Virus record (IMG/VR): IMGVR_UViG_3300021185_003947
Direction: 5' to 3' (one strand)
From: a virus
Lineage: Duplodnaviria > Caudoviricetes
DNA length: 64,000 nucleotides
Below, one piece after another: positions 16,922 to 25,376 of this stretch (its first letter is position 1; the number at the start of each line of letters is the position of its first letter). The notes beneath the pieces are model-generated. The model searched no databases. It was not told the origin of the DNA and saw only the letters and a list, made by a program, of their open reading frames with translations. The position numbers and the translations under genes are program-made.

Positions 16922-18952
16922 TTACCTTAAATTCGGATATTGCAAATCTTCCATTGCACCAAATGTTGGATCATTTACAAACCATCTTGAAAATTCATGA
17001 TCAACTGTTGGCTTAGGTGGATAGAAATATATGTCCGGTACTTCCATTTCACCGTAATCAAAATCAGGTACAAACGCAATCAATGCTAACAATTGTGCTT
17101 GAATTATCATTTGCTCCTCAATTGTATCTGCGTTGTCTATTTTCTTTCTCAATCCTTCAATTTTAGCTGCAACCAATGCCTTAATCTTTTCTGTTCTACT
17201 ATCCTTTTTTTCTTTTTCACTGGGCTCTGGCTTTTCTTCTTTTTTCACAGGTTGAGTAGCATCTTCTTCAGATTCAATGGTTTCGTCGGCATCTTTATCC
17301 TCATCTACTTCTTTATCATTTCCATCACCATCTTCAGAGCTAGTATCTTCCCCAGTGTCTTTTTCTTCTCCGTCATCACTCTCGGACTCGCTCGATTCAT
17401 CATCGGATGATTCCTTACTTTTTCCATCAGTATCGGATCCAGATCCGTCATTCTTTTCTGGCTCGGCTGGTTTTTCTTGCGACTCCGACTTTGGCTCGGA
17501 TCCAGACTCTCCTTTTCCTGAATCTCCTCCTCCATCTCCTTCGCTTGAGTCGGAGGTATTTGATTCAATAATTTCTGTTTCAGTTCGTCCATTTGATGAA
17601 TCCTCCACTTGTAATTCTATTTGAGCTATTTCTTGTTCTATAGATTCTGTACTAATATCACTTACAGCCGGAATTTCTTCTACAATTATTGGTTGAGGAA
17701 TTATAACTGGTTGAATAATAGGAATATCTGGCACTACAGTAACATTTAGTTCAGCAATAGGTTGAGATGTAATATTAGTTTCTGCTAATATTTCTTCTAT
17801 TGACTCTGGAGCTGTTACTGCTACATCACTTTCTGTGCTAGGAGCAATATAATTCGGACAACCCAGATCATATTGACTATCTAATTCACATTGTTGATTA
17901 TAATAAGCAACCTGATATAAAGGACAAGATGGTGAATATAATTGATCTATATTACATTGTTGATTAAGATATGCTGTATCATATCCTGGACAACCAGAAT
18001 CATATAAAGTATCAGCCTCACAGGCTTTATTATAAAGATATGCTACATATGCTTCTGCATAACCCGGACACGTAGGATTATATAAAGTGTCTAAATCGCA
18101 TGGATTATTTCTATATGTAAACCACATAGATCCATCTTTTACTACAGGACCATAATACCCGTTCCATTGTCCATTGTCTTGTGCAGTTGTAACAAATGTA
18201 ATATCACCTAATTGTGCTGGCGTATAAATTGTTCCAGATCCTGTAAGGTGATTAAATATTTCCATATAGTCTTGTTCTACTTGCCATACAGATCCACCTT
18301 CTACTTCTTCATTTGAACTATGAGCGTTTTCCTCATACCAACTATACCATGTATCATAATTATAGGTTTTAGTTTTTACCACATTTCCTGCAGCATCTGT
18401 TAAAGTAACAACAATATTTAATGTATCTAGCTGGTCAGCATATTCACCAGTAGCTTTCATATTCTCATCAAGTCGACTTGAAATATTAGTATCACAATAT
18501 ATTGTAGTACCATCTGATTTAGTTACGTTAAAACACCCATTAATATATTTCCAGCTATAGTGTATTTTATCTAAACTTATTCCAGTACCAGCATCTGAAA
18601 GAGCTTCATTTATAGCCATTCCTAATGCAAAACTATCGGCGCATGGTCCCCATTGTAAGGCATTTCCACCCCATGTATTACTAGTTGAAGGTATTAAATT
18701 TAAGTGTGTTGATCCACCTACACATGAACCCATTGTCATAGTGCCATCAGTAAGATCACCGATTTCTGGACTAGTTGTTATTGATCCATCATTATTTGTC
18801 ACGTACGTAGGTGCACCACCAGAAGAGGTCGGTGTACTTGCAGATTCTAAAACTAAATCTTGAGAGCTAGCCGGCCGCGGCAAGCAAAAGAAGCATAAGA
18901 AGAGCACCGCCAATAGCACTTTTGCCAGTATCCCATTGCCTTTTCTGAACAT
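16922..18952 (-). CDS. Exported protein with four Cys repeats (CxxDxxYxxxCPxY) and a long acidic linker
   Basis: Signal-like N-terminus; repeats such as CDLDTLYNPTCPGY and CEADTLYDSGCPGY; D/E/S/K-rich region. Confidence 0.7.
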   Translation of the reverse strand: MFRKGNGILAKVLLAVLFLCFFCLPRPASSQDLVLESASTPTSSGGAPTYVTNNDGSITTSPEIGDLTDGTMTMGSCVGGSTHLNLIPSTSNTWGGNALQWGPCADSFALGMAINEALSDAGTGISLDKIHYSWKYINGCFNVTKSDGTTIYCDTNISSRLDENMKATGEYADQLDTLNIVVTLTDAAGNVVKTKTYNYDTWYSWYEENAHSSNEEVEGGSVWQVEQDYMEIFNHLTGSGTIYTPAQLGDITFVTTAQDNGQWNGYYGPVVKDGSMWFTYRNNPCDLDTLYNPTCPGYAEAYVAYLYNKACEADTLYDSGCPGYDTAYLNQQCNIDQLYSPSCPLYQVAYYNQQCELDSQYDLGCPNYIAPSTESDVAVTAPESIEEILAETNITSQPIAELNVTVVPDIPIIQPVIIPQPIIVEEIPAVSDISTESIEQEIAQIELQVEDSSNGRTETEIIESNTSDSSEGDGGGDSGKGESGSEPKSESQEKPAEPEKNDGSGSDTDGKSKESSDDESSESESDDGEEKDTGEDTSSEDGDGNDKEVDEDKDADETIESEEDATQPVKKEEKPEPSEKEKKDSRTEKIKALVAAKIEGLRKKIDNADTIEEQMIIQAQLLALIAFVPDFDYGEMEVPDIYFYPPKPTVDHEFSRWFVNDPTFGAMEDLQYPNLR

Positions 18953-19448
18953 CTGCTTTTGTCTCCGGAATAATTATTGCAGGAATTTTCTTTTTGCCTG
19001 ATGGCTTTTTCCATTCAACCTTTGCGTCTTCACCAATTTTACCATAAATTGGACAAGGTGTTCCTGCCATTCCCATAGCATCGTATACTCTACGGTCTTG
19101 ACATAAGACCGATACTGCCGCAACTTTCATTCCAAAGTCATATAATGTTTTTGATATTTTAAGTCTTTCACAATTCTGATCGGTAACAGTTTCTCCGGTT
19201 GATATACCTAAAATTTGTGTCTGCACTGCTCCCGATATACCAACAGTACACAAGTCTTGAGAACTACCTCCAGCACTTGGAGAAATAGCACTTGGTGGTG
19301 GAGAAATTACAATTGTTCTACCTTTAGAGTCGGTTTTGCTTTTACTATCAGTTGTGGAGTCTATTACAGTTTGTGCATACAAAACAATAGGCTTTGATGC
19401 ACATGCTGCTAGTGTTAATAATATCAATATCAATAGTTGTTTACTCAT
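18867..19448 (-). CDS. Putative lipoprotein/membrane protein, Cys-rich
   Basis: Lipobox-like LAAC after a hydrophobic N-terminus; PPPSAISP; C-terminal hydrophobic tail. Confidence 0.65.
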   Translation of the reverse strand: MSKQLLILILLTLAACASKPIVLYAQTVIDSTTDSKSKTDSKGRTIVISPPPSAISPSAGGSSQDLCTVGISGAVQTQILGISTGETVTDQNCERLKISKTLYDFGMKVAAVSVLCQDRRVYDAMGMAGTPCPIYGKIGEDAKVEWKKPSGKKKIPAIIIPETKADVQKRQWDTGKSAIGGALLMLLLLAAAG

Positions 19449-19472
19449 AGTTAAACTCCTGTCTATCGATAC

Positions 19473-19480
19473 TATTTATA
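19473..19480 (-). promoter_or_regulatory. Late promoter TATAAATA
   Basis: Exact motif 25 nt upstream of 19448. Confidence 0.8.
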
Positions 19481-19481
19481 C

Positions 19482-19512
19482 AAAAAAAGAGAGCCGGAAG
19501 ACTCTCTTTTTT
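19482..19512. terminator. Bidirectional terminator downstream of tmRNA
   Basis: AAAAAAAGAGAG-CCGGAAGA-CTCTCTTTTTT. Confidence 0.75.
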
Positions 19513-19514
19513 AT

Positions 19515-19890
19515 CAAAAATAAGTACGACTTTTCTGTTGCTAGGTAAGTCGCCAACCCCCTGTGTTAGGCTGCTATTGCAACGTAACCAGATGGAGCAC
19601 AATTATTGTTTGCACTTGTAAAGTTCTTCGCGTTAACCCAGCTTAGATCGGGATAGTCTCCATGTTTCCGTCAACACCTGTCGATCCTATTTCAGCCCCA
19701 TCAAAAAGACACGAATAAGTAATGGTCCAATACGATAATTTTTATATGGATTACCGCTATTGTATCTAAAATCTCCCCATTGAAAAGGTTCTCCTTTAGT
19801 CCAACTTATCCAATGAAAGTCCATTCTTTAGTGTCCTTATGGTGGAGCTGCGCGGTACTGCCCCGCGGTCCAGTATGCATCTAGTTAATA
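19515..19890 (-). ncRNA. ssrA: Circularly permuted (two-piece) tmRNA; tag ANNNCAPSGYVAIAA
   Basis: Acceptor piece ends GCGGGGCAGTACCGCGCAGCTCCACCA at 19840. Coding piece starts GGGGCTGAAATAGGATCGAC at 19699. G3.U70 pair present; tag at 19566-19613. Outer ends are approximate. Confidence 0.92.
19687..19824 (-). CDS. 45-aa ORF in the tmRNA intervening segment
   Basis: MDFHWISWTKGEPFQWGDFRYNSGNPYKNYRIGPLLIRVFLMGLK; TAAGGA SD; the stop lies inside the tmRNA 5' end. Confidence 0.45.
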   Translation of the reverse strand: MDFHWISWTKGEPFQWGDFRYNSGNPYKNYRIGPLLIRVFLMGLK

Positions 19891-19918
19891 TCATCAACTA
19901 CATAGTATATATAATAGT

Positions 19919-21034
19919 TTAAACATATACAGAATTAAATTGTTGAGTACATCGAATAAATGTAGTACACTTACTTAATTGTTTAAGGTTAGAAGCGCCG
20001 GCATACGTGCAAGTACTACGTATTCCACCAAGAATATCTTGAATAGTATTTTTTATTTCGCCACGATACGGTATCAAAACAGTTCTACCTTCACTCGATC
20101 TGTAATTTTTAAGACCTCCAAAGTGTTTATTATTTGCAGTATCCGAACTCATTCCATAGAATTGTACGAATTGTTTCTCTTCAATCTTTGGCGCATTAGG
20201 TTCTTCAAATACTTCATTTGTAAAATAATGTTTGGTAATTACTTCACCGCCGCCTTCATCGTGTCCAGCTAACATCCCACCAAGCATAACGAAGTCGGCT
20301 CCTGCAGCGAATGCTTTAGCCACATCTCCAGGGCATGTACATCCACCATCAGCAATGATATGGCCTCCAAGACCATGCGCGGCATCAGCGCACTCAATAA
20401 CAGAAGACAACTGAGGATAACCAACACCCGTTTGAATCCGAGTAGTGCAAACACTCCCAGGACCAATGCCCACTTTAACAATATCGGCTCCATTTAAAAT
20501 TAACTCCTGTGTTTGATCTGCTGTAACTACGTTTCCAGCAATGATTACAATTCTGGGATAAAGACTTCTAAATTCTTTTATAAAATTACTAAATCTTACA
20601 GTATATCCATTAGCAACATCAATACATACATATTTTAATTGATCATCAACTTGCTCGTAAACTGTTCTAAACTTTTCATGATCTCGATCACTAATACCAA
20701 TACTCATTGCAGTATATTCAGTACGCAAATTATTATCACTATCAAAATAATCTACAAGATCATTAACGCTATAAGTTTTTACTAAACACGTGAAAGCAGA
20801 TTCAAGTGATAGTTTATCTGCCATTTCAAATGTACCAACACCATCCATGTTAGCTGCCATAATAGGAATACCCTCGTAATTATATGGTGCAGTACTATTT
20901 GGATAATCTGGACTATAATTTAAAAAAGTAAATTTACGTTCTAAATCAACTTCTTTTCTTGATTCAAGCGTGCTTCTTTTAGGACGAATAAGCACATCTT
21001 TATAGTCAAGCTTCATATCATCATCAATGCGCAT
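19919..21034 (-). CDS. guaC: GMP reductase
   Basis: LDYKDVLIRPKRS, CIDVANGY, KVGIGPGSVCTTR and FYGMSS. Confidence 0.95.
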   Translation of the reverse strand: MRIDDDMKLDYKDVLIRPKRSTLESRKEVDLERKFTFLNYSPDYPNSTAPYNYEGIPIMAANMDGVGTFEMADKLSLESAFTCLVKTYSVNDLVDYFDSDNNLRTEYTAMSIGISDRDHEKFRTVYEQVDDQLKYVCIDVANGYTVRFSNFIKEFRSLYPRIVIIAGNVVTADQTQELILNGADIVKVGIGPGSVCTTRIQTGVGYPQLSSVIECADAAHGLGGHIIADGGCTCPGDVAKAFAAGADFVMLGGMLAGHDEGGGEVITKHYFTNEVFEEPNAPKIEEKQFVQFYGMSSDTANNKHFGGLKNYRSSEGRTVLIPYRGEIKNTIQDILGGIRSTCTYAGASNLKQLSKCTTFIRCTQQFNSVYV

Positions 21035-21315
21035 TATAATTCCTCGTCATGTATATGCAATTGAATAAGAGCATAATGAAGAATTTTCATTAAGTCTTTA
21101 CGAGCATCATCTCGAGTACCTTTATTTCCATATCGATTAGCATACTTATCGACGTTACCCATACAGAATCCTGTGCCATGTCCTCGGTCAATAATTACTT
21201 CAGTTGATTGAAATTTATTAGTAGAATAATGAGCTCCATATGTACTATCAATATATTTTTGAAACTCTTCAATATATTGATTTTCGTTAAATTTATAATC
21301 AATAATGTTTTTCAT
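21034..21315 (-). CDS. DUF3310-like conserved phage protein
   Basis: HY...GFCMGNVDKYANRYGNK...DLMKILHY pattern. Confidence 0.6.
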   Translation of the reverse strand: MKNIIDYKFNENQYIEEFQKYIDSTYGAHYSTNKFQSTEVIIDRGHGTGFCMGNVDKYANRYGNKGTRDDARKDLMKILHYALIQLHIHDEEL

Positions 21316-21539
21316 TCAATTTCCTCTAATTCATAATATTCCATTACTTCATTTGTTTGAGATTTTGCTATTGCTTCTGCTTTATCCCAATCAGCTTTAT
21401 CTAATTCAAACTCTATTATTTTATCTATTCTAACATTTTCAACATCTGGCCAACCAAGACTTTTAAGTGCATATGTTACGGTTTGACCTGCATTATCCAA
21501 AATACCTCTACGAATACATATCATAGCTTTATATCTCAT
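21312..21539 (-). CDS. purS: Phosphoribosylformylglycinamidine synthase subunit PurS
   Basis: GILDNAGQTVTYALKSLG..VENVRIDK matches the PurS pattern; 75 aa. Confidence 0.7.
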   Translation of the reverse strand: MRYKAMICIRRGILDNAGQTVTYALKSLGWPDVENVRIDKIIEFELDKADWDKAEAIAKSQTNEVMEYYELEEIE

Positions 21540-21910
21540 GGCATTGTAAATAAGGCTCTTACACCACTGTCTTTATCTGTAGGTTGTCTAGCAAACACTA
21601 CCCATTTATATGCAAACATTGTTTCTTTTGTAGTACAAAATTCTTTGAAAGATGTGCCTGTTGTATATACATCATCAACTACTAGCCATGGATGTTTTGG
21701 TTCCCATTTAGAATATTTTTGAAGAGCATTTTGTAATTTAACACCACCTCTAGGAATACCAACAACCTTTGAAAATGGTTCCTTTTGATAGTCCATAATC
21801 ATTGATGCTAAACAATCCCATTCTTTATCAGATACAGCATCCATTTCTATTTTCCATTCCATAGGAATGCCTGCGTGGGAAGTAAATTTTTGTTTTTGAA
21901 ATAAATCCAT
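21536..21910 (-). CDS. Minimal type I phosphoribosyltransferase
   Basis: GIPRGG and PRPP-binding LVVDDVYTTGTS. Confidence 0.8.
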   Translation of the reverse strand: MDLFQKQKFTSHAGIPMEWKIEMDAVSDKEWDCLASMIMDYQKEPFSKVVGIPRGGVKLQNALQKYSKWEPKHPWLVVDDVYTTGTSFKEFCTTKETMFAYKWVVFARQPTDKDSGVRALFTMP

Positions 21911-21913
21911 TTT

Positions 21914-22153
21914 TTATCCACTTATATAAGGCGTGTCGCCTACTTTTGCTCTTCGCCATTCTTTTTGGTTAAACATTTTTCCTTGAAGTTCTGTTATGTG
22001 ACTTATCTCATTATCTATATTATCTTTACTACTTTGCTTTTTTACAGTAAGTCTTTTCATTGTCAATCTTTGTAACCTATATGCAAGAGCACTTTCAATC
22101 CAATGAATATCTTCTAAATTTAATTTCCAGCTATCGAGATTAGGCTTTACCAT
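21914..22153 (-). CDS. Hypothetical protein
   Basis: 79 aa in operon. Confidence 0.55.
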   Translation of the reverse strand: MVKPNLDSWKLNLEDIHWIESALAYRLQRLTMKRLTVKKQSSKDNIDNEISHITELQGKMFNQKEWRRAKVGDTPYISG

Positions 22154-22353
22154 TACTTGCTCATTCCTTGAGGATCATATTGTTCACCATTATATGCCGG
22201 ATACTGATCATCCTCAACTCCAGAATTACAGCCGACTACTACTATCGCTAAAAATATACAAGAGATAATAGTGCCTTTTTTCATCCAATACATAAAGCCA
22301 TCGAATGCTTGTTCAGCTTGTTGTTGTGCTGCATCTTTTATTTCTTTACTCAT
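22153..22353 (-). CDS. Small membrane protein
   Basis: One TM segment. Confidence 0.55.
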   Translation of the reverse strand: MSKEIKDAAQQQAEQAFDGFMYWMKKGTIISCIFLAIVVVGCNSGVEDDQYPAYNGEQYDPQGMSK

Positions 22354-22545
22354 TTAGTGACCACCTTCTGAGTATATTACAGGTATTGCAAGAAAAATCA
22401 TACCAAATATCATTGCAATCAACATAATGACCGGCATCTGCGATAACAAAGGTTTGTGAAAATCAAATAGCCTGATATATTCGTGAACTCTGTATGCTAT
22501 TACTTTATTTTTTAGTTTTTTCATATTGTATCTATCTCCTCCCAT
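22354..22545 (-). CDS. Small membrane protein
   Basis: C-terminal TM segment. Confidence 0.45.
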   Translation of the reverse strand: MGGDRYNMKKLKNKVIAYRVHEYIRLFDFHKPLLSQMPVIMLIAMIFGMIFLAIPVIYSEGGH

Positions 22546-22715
22546 GTTCTAATAAAAAAACTACTACCTAGTTTATCAATCTCCGTCTGAGGATAACCCT
22601 CAGAAACTAACCAACGTTTCATATCAAAATCATCTTTTAATAAATAATATTTTTCATGCACAGGCTTGGGAAATCCATACTTCCAACCGCTTGGCGGATC
22701 AACCATCAGTGTCAT
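22521..22715 (-). CDS. Hypothetical protein
   Basis: VDPPSGWKYGFPK motif, 64 aa. Confidence 0.55.
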   Translation of the reverse strand: MTLMVDPPSGWKYGFPKPVHEKYYLLKDDFDMKRWLVSEGYPQTEIDKLGSSFFIRTWEEIDTI

Positions 22716-22885
22716 TCTTTTAATCCAAAACAGGGTAATATATTCATATTACAATACATTGCGTAATCTTCAAGTCCTACCATTAACATCAGCATAATGA
22801 CAGGTAATCCTACTATCATAAAAGCAAGAATGAGAAATGCCCAGCCTAAACCCTTTGTAGTACAATAGTTATGTTCTTCACTCAT
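22712..22885 (-). CDS. Small membrane protein (57 aa, not in ORF track)
   Basis: MSEEHNYCTTKGLGWAFLILAFMIVGLPVIMLMLMVGLEDYAMYCNMNILPCFGLKE fills the gap exactly, with overlaps at both ends. Confidence 0.6.
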   Translation of the reverse strand: MSEEHNYCTTKGLGWAFLILAFMIVGLPVIMLMLMVGLEDYAMYCNMNILPCFGLKE

Positions 22886-23484
22886 TAATCTTCCTGTCTA
22901 TAAAAAATATGGGCTCCCATTTGAGCAATCTTTGTAAAAGCCTTTGCCCAGCTAGGATTTACATATGTTGCGTGATAATGAGTCGATCCTTCAGTAATAC
23001 CTCTCCATTGATTAGTCACATACATTGTAACAGCATGATTAATAGAGCGTTCCCATGCTTCAGCATTTTGTGGCTCATCTGCTTTACCGTCACAATACCA
23101 GCTAAATTGGCATTTATTTAGTAAAGGTTCACCCTTATCATTTAAATAAGATTGGTGCACAACTTCACATGGAGTGTCTGGATATTTTTTGTGTTTAACT
23201 CTATTTAATACAACATCAGTAACAGCCATGGCATCTATTAGAGATGACGCCATGGTTTCATAGTATATATTTGTGGCTAAGCATTGTACCTGCTTAGCTT
23301 CCTCTTCTTGTGCTACTCGAATAGCTTCTTGTTCAATAGCTAATTCATTAGCCATTTCTTCTGCAAGTAATTGTACTTCCTCTTTTTTCTCAGTAGCTAC
23401 TTTTGTACCTTCATAAGCAGCATAACCGACAGCACCGCAAACTACGGCATTACCTAACATTATTGCTATATGTTTAAGTTTCAT
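22885..23484 (-). CDS. SleB-like cell wall hydrolase (Hydrolase_2)
   Basis: CLATNIYYE, VVLNRV...YPDTPCEVV, CQFSWYCDG and THYHATYVNPSW. Confidence 0.9.
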   Translation of the reverse strand: MKLKHIAIMLGNAVVCGAVGYAAYEGTKVATEKKEEVQLLAEEMANELAIEQEAIRVAQEEEAKQVQCLATNIYYETMASSLIDAMAVTDVVLNRVKHKKYPDTPCEVVHQSYLNDKGEPLLNKCQFSWYCDGKADEPQNAEAWERSINHAVTMYVTNQWRGITEGSTHYHATYVNPSWAKAFTKIAQMGAHIFYRQED

Positions 23485-23513
23485 TTAGTTTCCTGATTTA
23501 TTGTTATATACGT

Positions 23514-23542
23514 ATTATACTATATTTTAAACAAAAAGTAAA
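23514..23542 (-). promoter_or_regulatory. sigma70-type early promoter
   Basis: GTTTACT-N17-TATAAT. Confidence 0.7.
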
Positions 23543-23545
23543 CCT

Positions 23546-23746
23546 TTATTTTACAAAAGGCCATTCTTTTTTACCATTAAGATTTTCAATCCTCTGTTTT
23601 AAAAAACTAATAGTAGTATGAATATGTCCGCAGTCATGTGGTTCAAGGAGAGTTTCATAATAATAAATTTCTTCTTGTAACATTTGTATTCGAACATTTT
23701 CAGAATTTTTCATATTTAATTCATCATAATACGATTCTAATCCCAT
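23546..23746 (-). CDS. Hypothetical protein
   Basis: 66 aa in operon. Confidence 0.55.
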   Translation of the reverse strand: MGLESYYDELNMKNSENVRIQMLQEEIYYYETLLEPHDCGHIHTTISFLKQRIENLNGKKEWPFVK

Positions 23747-23997
23747 TAGGATACCTCTTTAAATTTAAGAGTGTATTGTTGATTAGGTAATCCAGATATG
23801 TCTTTATGTCCAAGGGCCCAATTTTCTGCAGCGTCTTCTACGTAGCGAAGAGAATTATTGGGAAAACTTTCTTCAAAATATTTAATTCCATCATCTGTAA
23901 AATATTTAATGTAGGCATGTTCTTCTTTATAACTAAAATGTATTTCGCAATAGTCGTTTCCATTATCGGAATAATAAGTCGAAAGTTTTTTACCCAT
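23746..23997 (-). CDS. Hypothetical protein
   Basis: 83 aa in operon. Confidence 0.6.
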   Translation of the reverse strand: MGKKLSTYYSDNGNDYCEIHFSYKEEHAYIKYFTDDGIKYFEESFPNNSLRYVEDAAENWALGHKDISGLPNQQYTLKFKEVS

Positions 23998-23999
23998 TT

Positions 24000-24665
24000 T
24001 TATTCTCCCTGAATTAAATCCTCTGCAAGAGGAAAGATTTTACTAATAGCCTTACCACACTCTCGAGCAAGTTCCATATGCTCTTTTTGAGTACCATTAC
24101 CACTTCTCAATTCAATATAATGAATCCATGATCTAAGAGTTCCGTTAGCATATAAGCGAGATAAAGTTAAACCTTCGGGTAAAACCTTACGAGCCTGTTC
24201 TTTTGCAATGCCATTATCGATTGCCCAATCATAAGCCATCTTAGATGTTTCTATGACAGCCATTTGCTTATTCCACCATTCATTTTGCAGGCTATCATCT
24301 TCAGTCTCAATACTGTTTTGTCTATTTTTAGTGTCTTGAAGTCTTGCTTCAGACAATACAAAAGTTTCATCCATGTCACTTGGGTTAGCATACCGTTGAC
24401 TAAATTCTTGGAATGAAAATGATCTATGTCTCAAAAGCTGTCTAGCAATGTCTCGAGTAGTTTCAATTTCCATAGTGGCTGAAGCCATTTCAAGAGGAGA
24501 CCAATGTTTATGCTTAATCAGATATTTAATAAGCTTTTCACTGGTTGCACTATTAATTTGATTTGTAGGATTTGACACTCTTGCACAAAAAGCAATAAGA
24601 TCTTGAACATCACCAATTTCTGGCATATCATAAACTTGTGTGTATCCTATCAATTTGGCTTTCAT
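24000..24665 (-). CDS. thyX: Flavin-dependent thymidylate synthase
   Basis: HWSPLE, RHRSFSFQEFSQRY and AQ.E/QKEH motifs. Confidence 0.95.
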   Translation of the reverse strand: MKAKLIGYTQVYDMPEIGDVQDLIAFCARVSNPTNQINSATSEKLIKYLIKHKHWSPLEMASATMEIETTRDIARQLLRHRSFSFQEFSQRYANPSDMDETFVLSEARLQDTKNRQNSIETEDDSLQNEWWNKQMAVIETSKMAYDWAIDNGIAKEQARKVLPEGLTLSRLYANGTLRSWIHYIELRSGNGTQKEHMELARECGKAISKIFPLAEDLIQGE

Positions 24666-24862
24666 TACTTATATTCTCCAGTATCATATTCAACAAAATC
24701 TTCTTCGTACATTTCTTCCCAATCTGTTGGGATCATAATATTATGATTAATTCGTTTAATAGCTTTTGTTAGTTTTTTACTTTGAGGCATATCTTCTTCG
24801 ATTTGCATAAGAGTCCTATGAACTAGCGCAAATGCTTCGTCATCACTAATTTCAATTTTCAT
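24665..24862 (-). CDS. Hypothetical protein
   Basis: 65 aa in operon. Confidence 0.5.
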   Translation of the reverse strand: MKIEISDDEAFALVHRTLMQIEEDMPQSKKLTKAIKRINHNIMIPTDWEEMYEEDFVEYDTGEYK

Positions 24863-25119
24863 TATTGTGCGTCCTTCATTATAAAAGTTCCTTTTCGTGA
24901 ATTCAAGTAGTTTTTACCAGACACCTTTTGTCTAATAAAACGCTTATTTGTTTCTTCTTTATTTGGATTTTCAACTGTAAATACTACATCTTTACCTTGT
25001 GCTAAAGCTTTCATTTGATTCATAAACCTATCTCCTGAAGACATATAGTCTCTCCTCATGGCTTTACGAATTGATTTACTCACAGTACTGTGAATACCCT
25101 GTGATGTTTCTTTACCCAT
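24862..25119 (-). CDS. Hypothetical basic protein
   Basis: 85 aa in operon. Confidence 0.55.
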   Translation of the reverse strand: MGKETSQGIHSTVSKSIRKAMRRDYMSSGDRFMNQMKALAQGKDVVFTVENPNKEETNKRFIRQKVSGKNYLNSRKGTFIMKDAQ

Positions 25120-25376
25120 TATTTATCTCCAATTAAGTTGCTATATTTTTTTAGTTTTTCTCTTTTGGCTGTAGATGCTTCTAAAATGTTATCACTAGAA
25201 ATATTAAAATAATCACCTAATAAATCTAACATACATTGAACATCACCCATTTCATTTATAAGATTTTTTTTATGCTCGTCACTCATACCAAACCGTAAAA
25301 TTTTCATACATTCTTTAGTTAGTTCAGCGCATTCTTCACTTGCTACAACAAGACATTCTGCTTCTGTTTGTTTCAT
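25119..25376 (-). CDS. MazG-like nucleotide pyrophosphohydrolase
   Basis: EECAEL...EMGDV motif. Confidence 0.7.
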   Translation of the reverse strand: MKQTEAECLVVASEECAELTKECMKILRFGMSDEHKKNLINEMGDVQCMLDLLGDYFNISSDNILEASTAKREKLKKYSNLIGDK

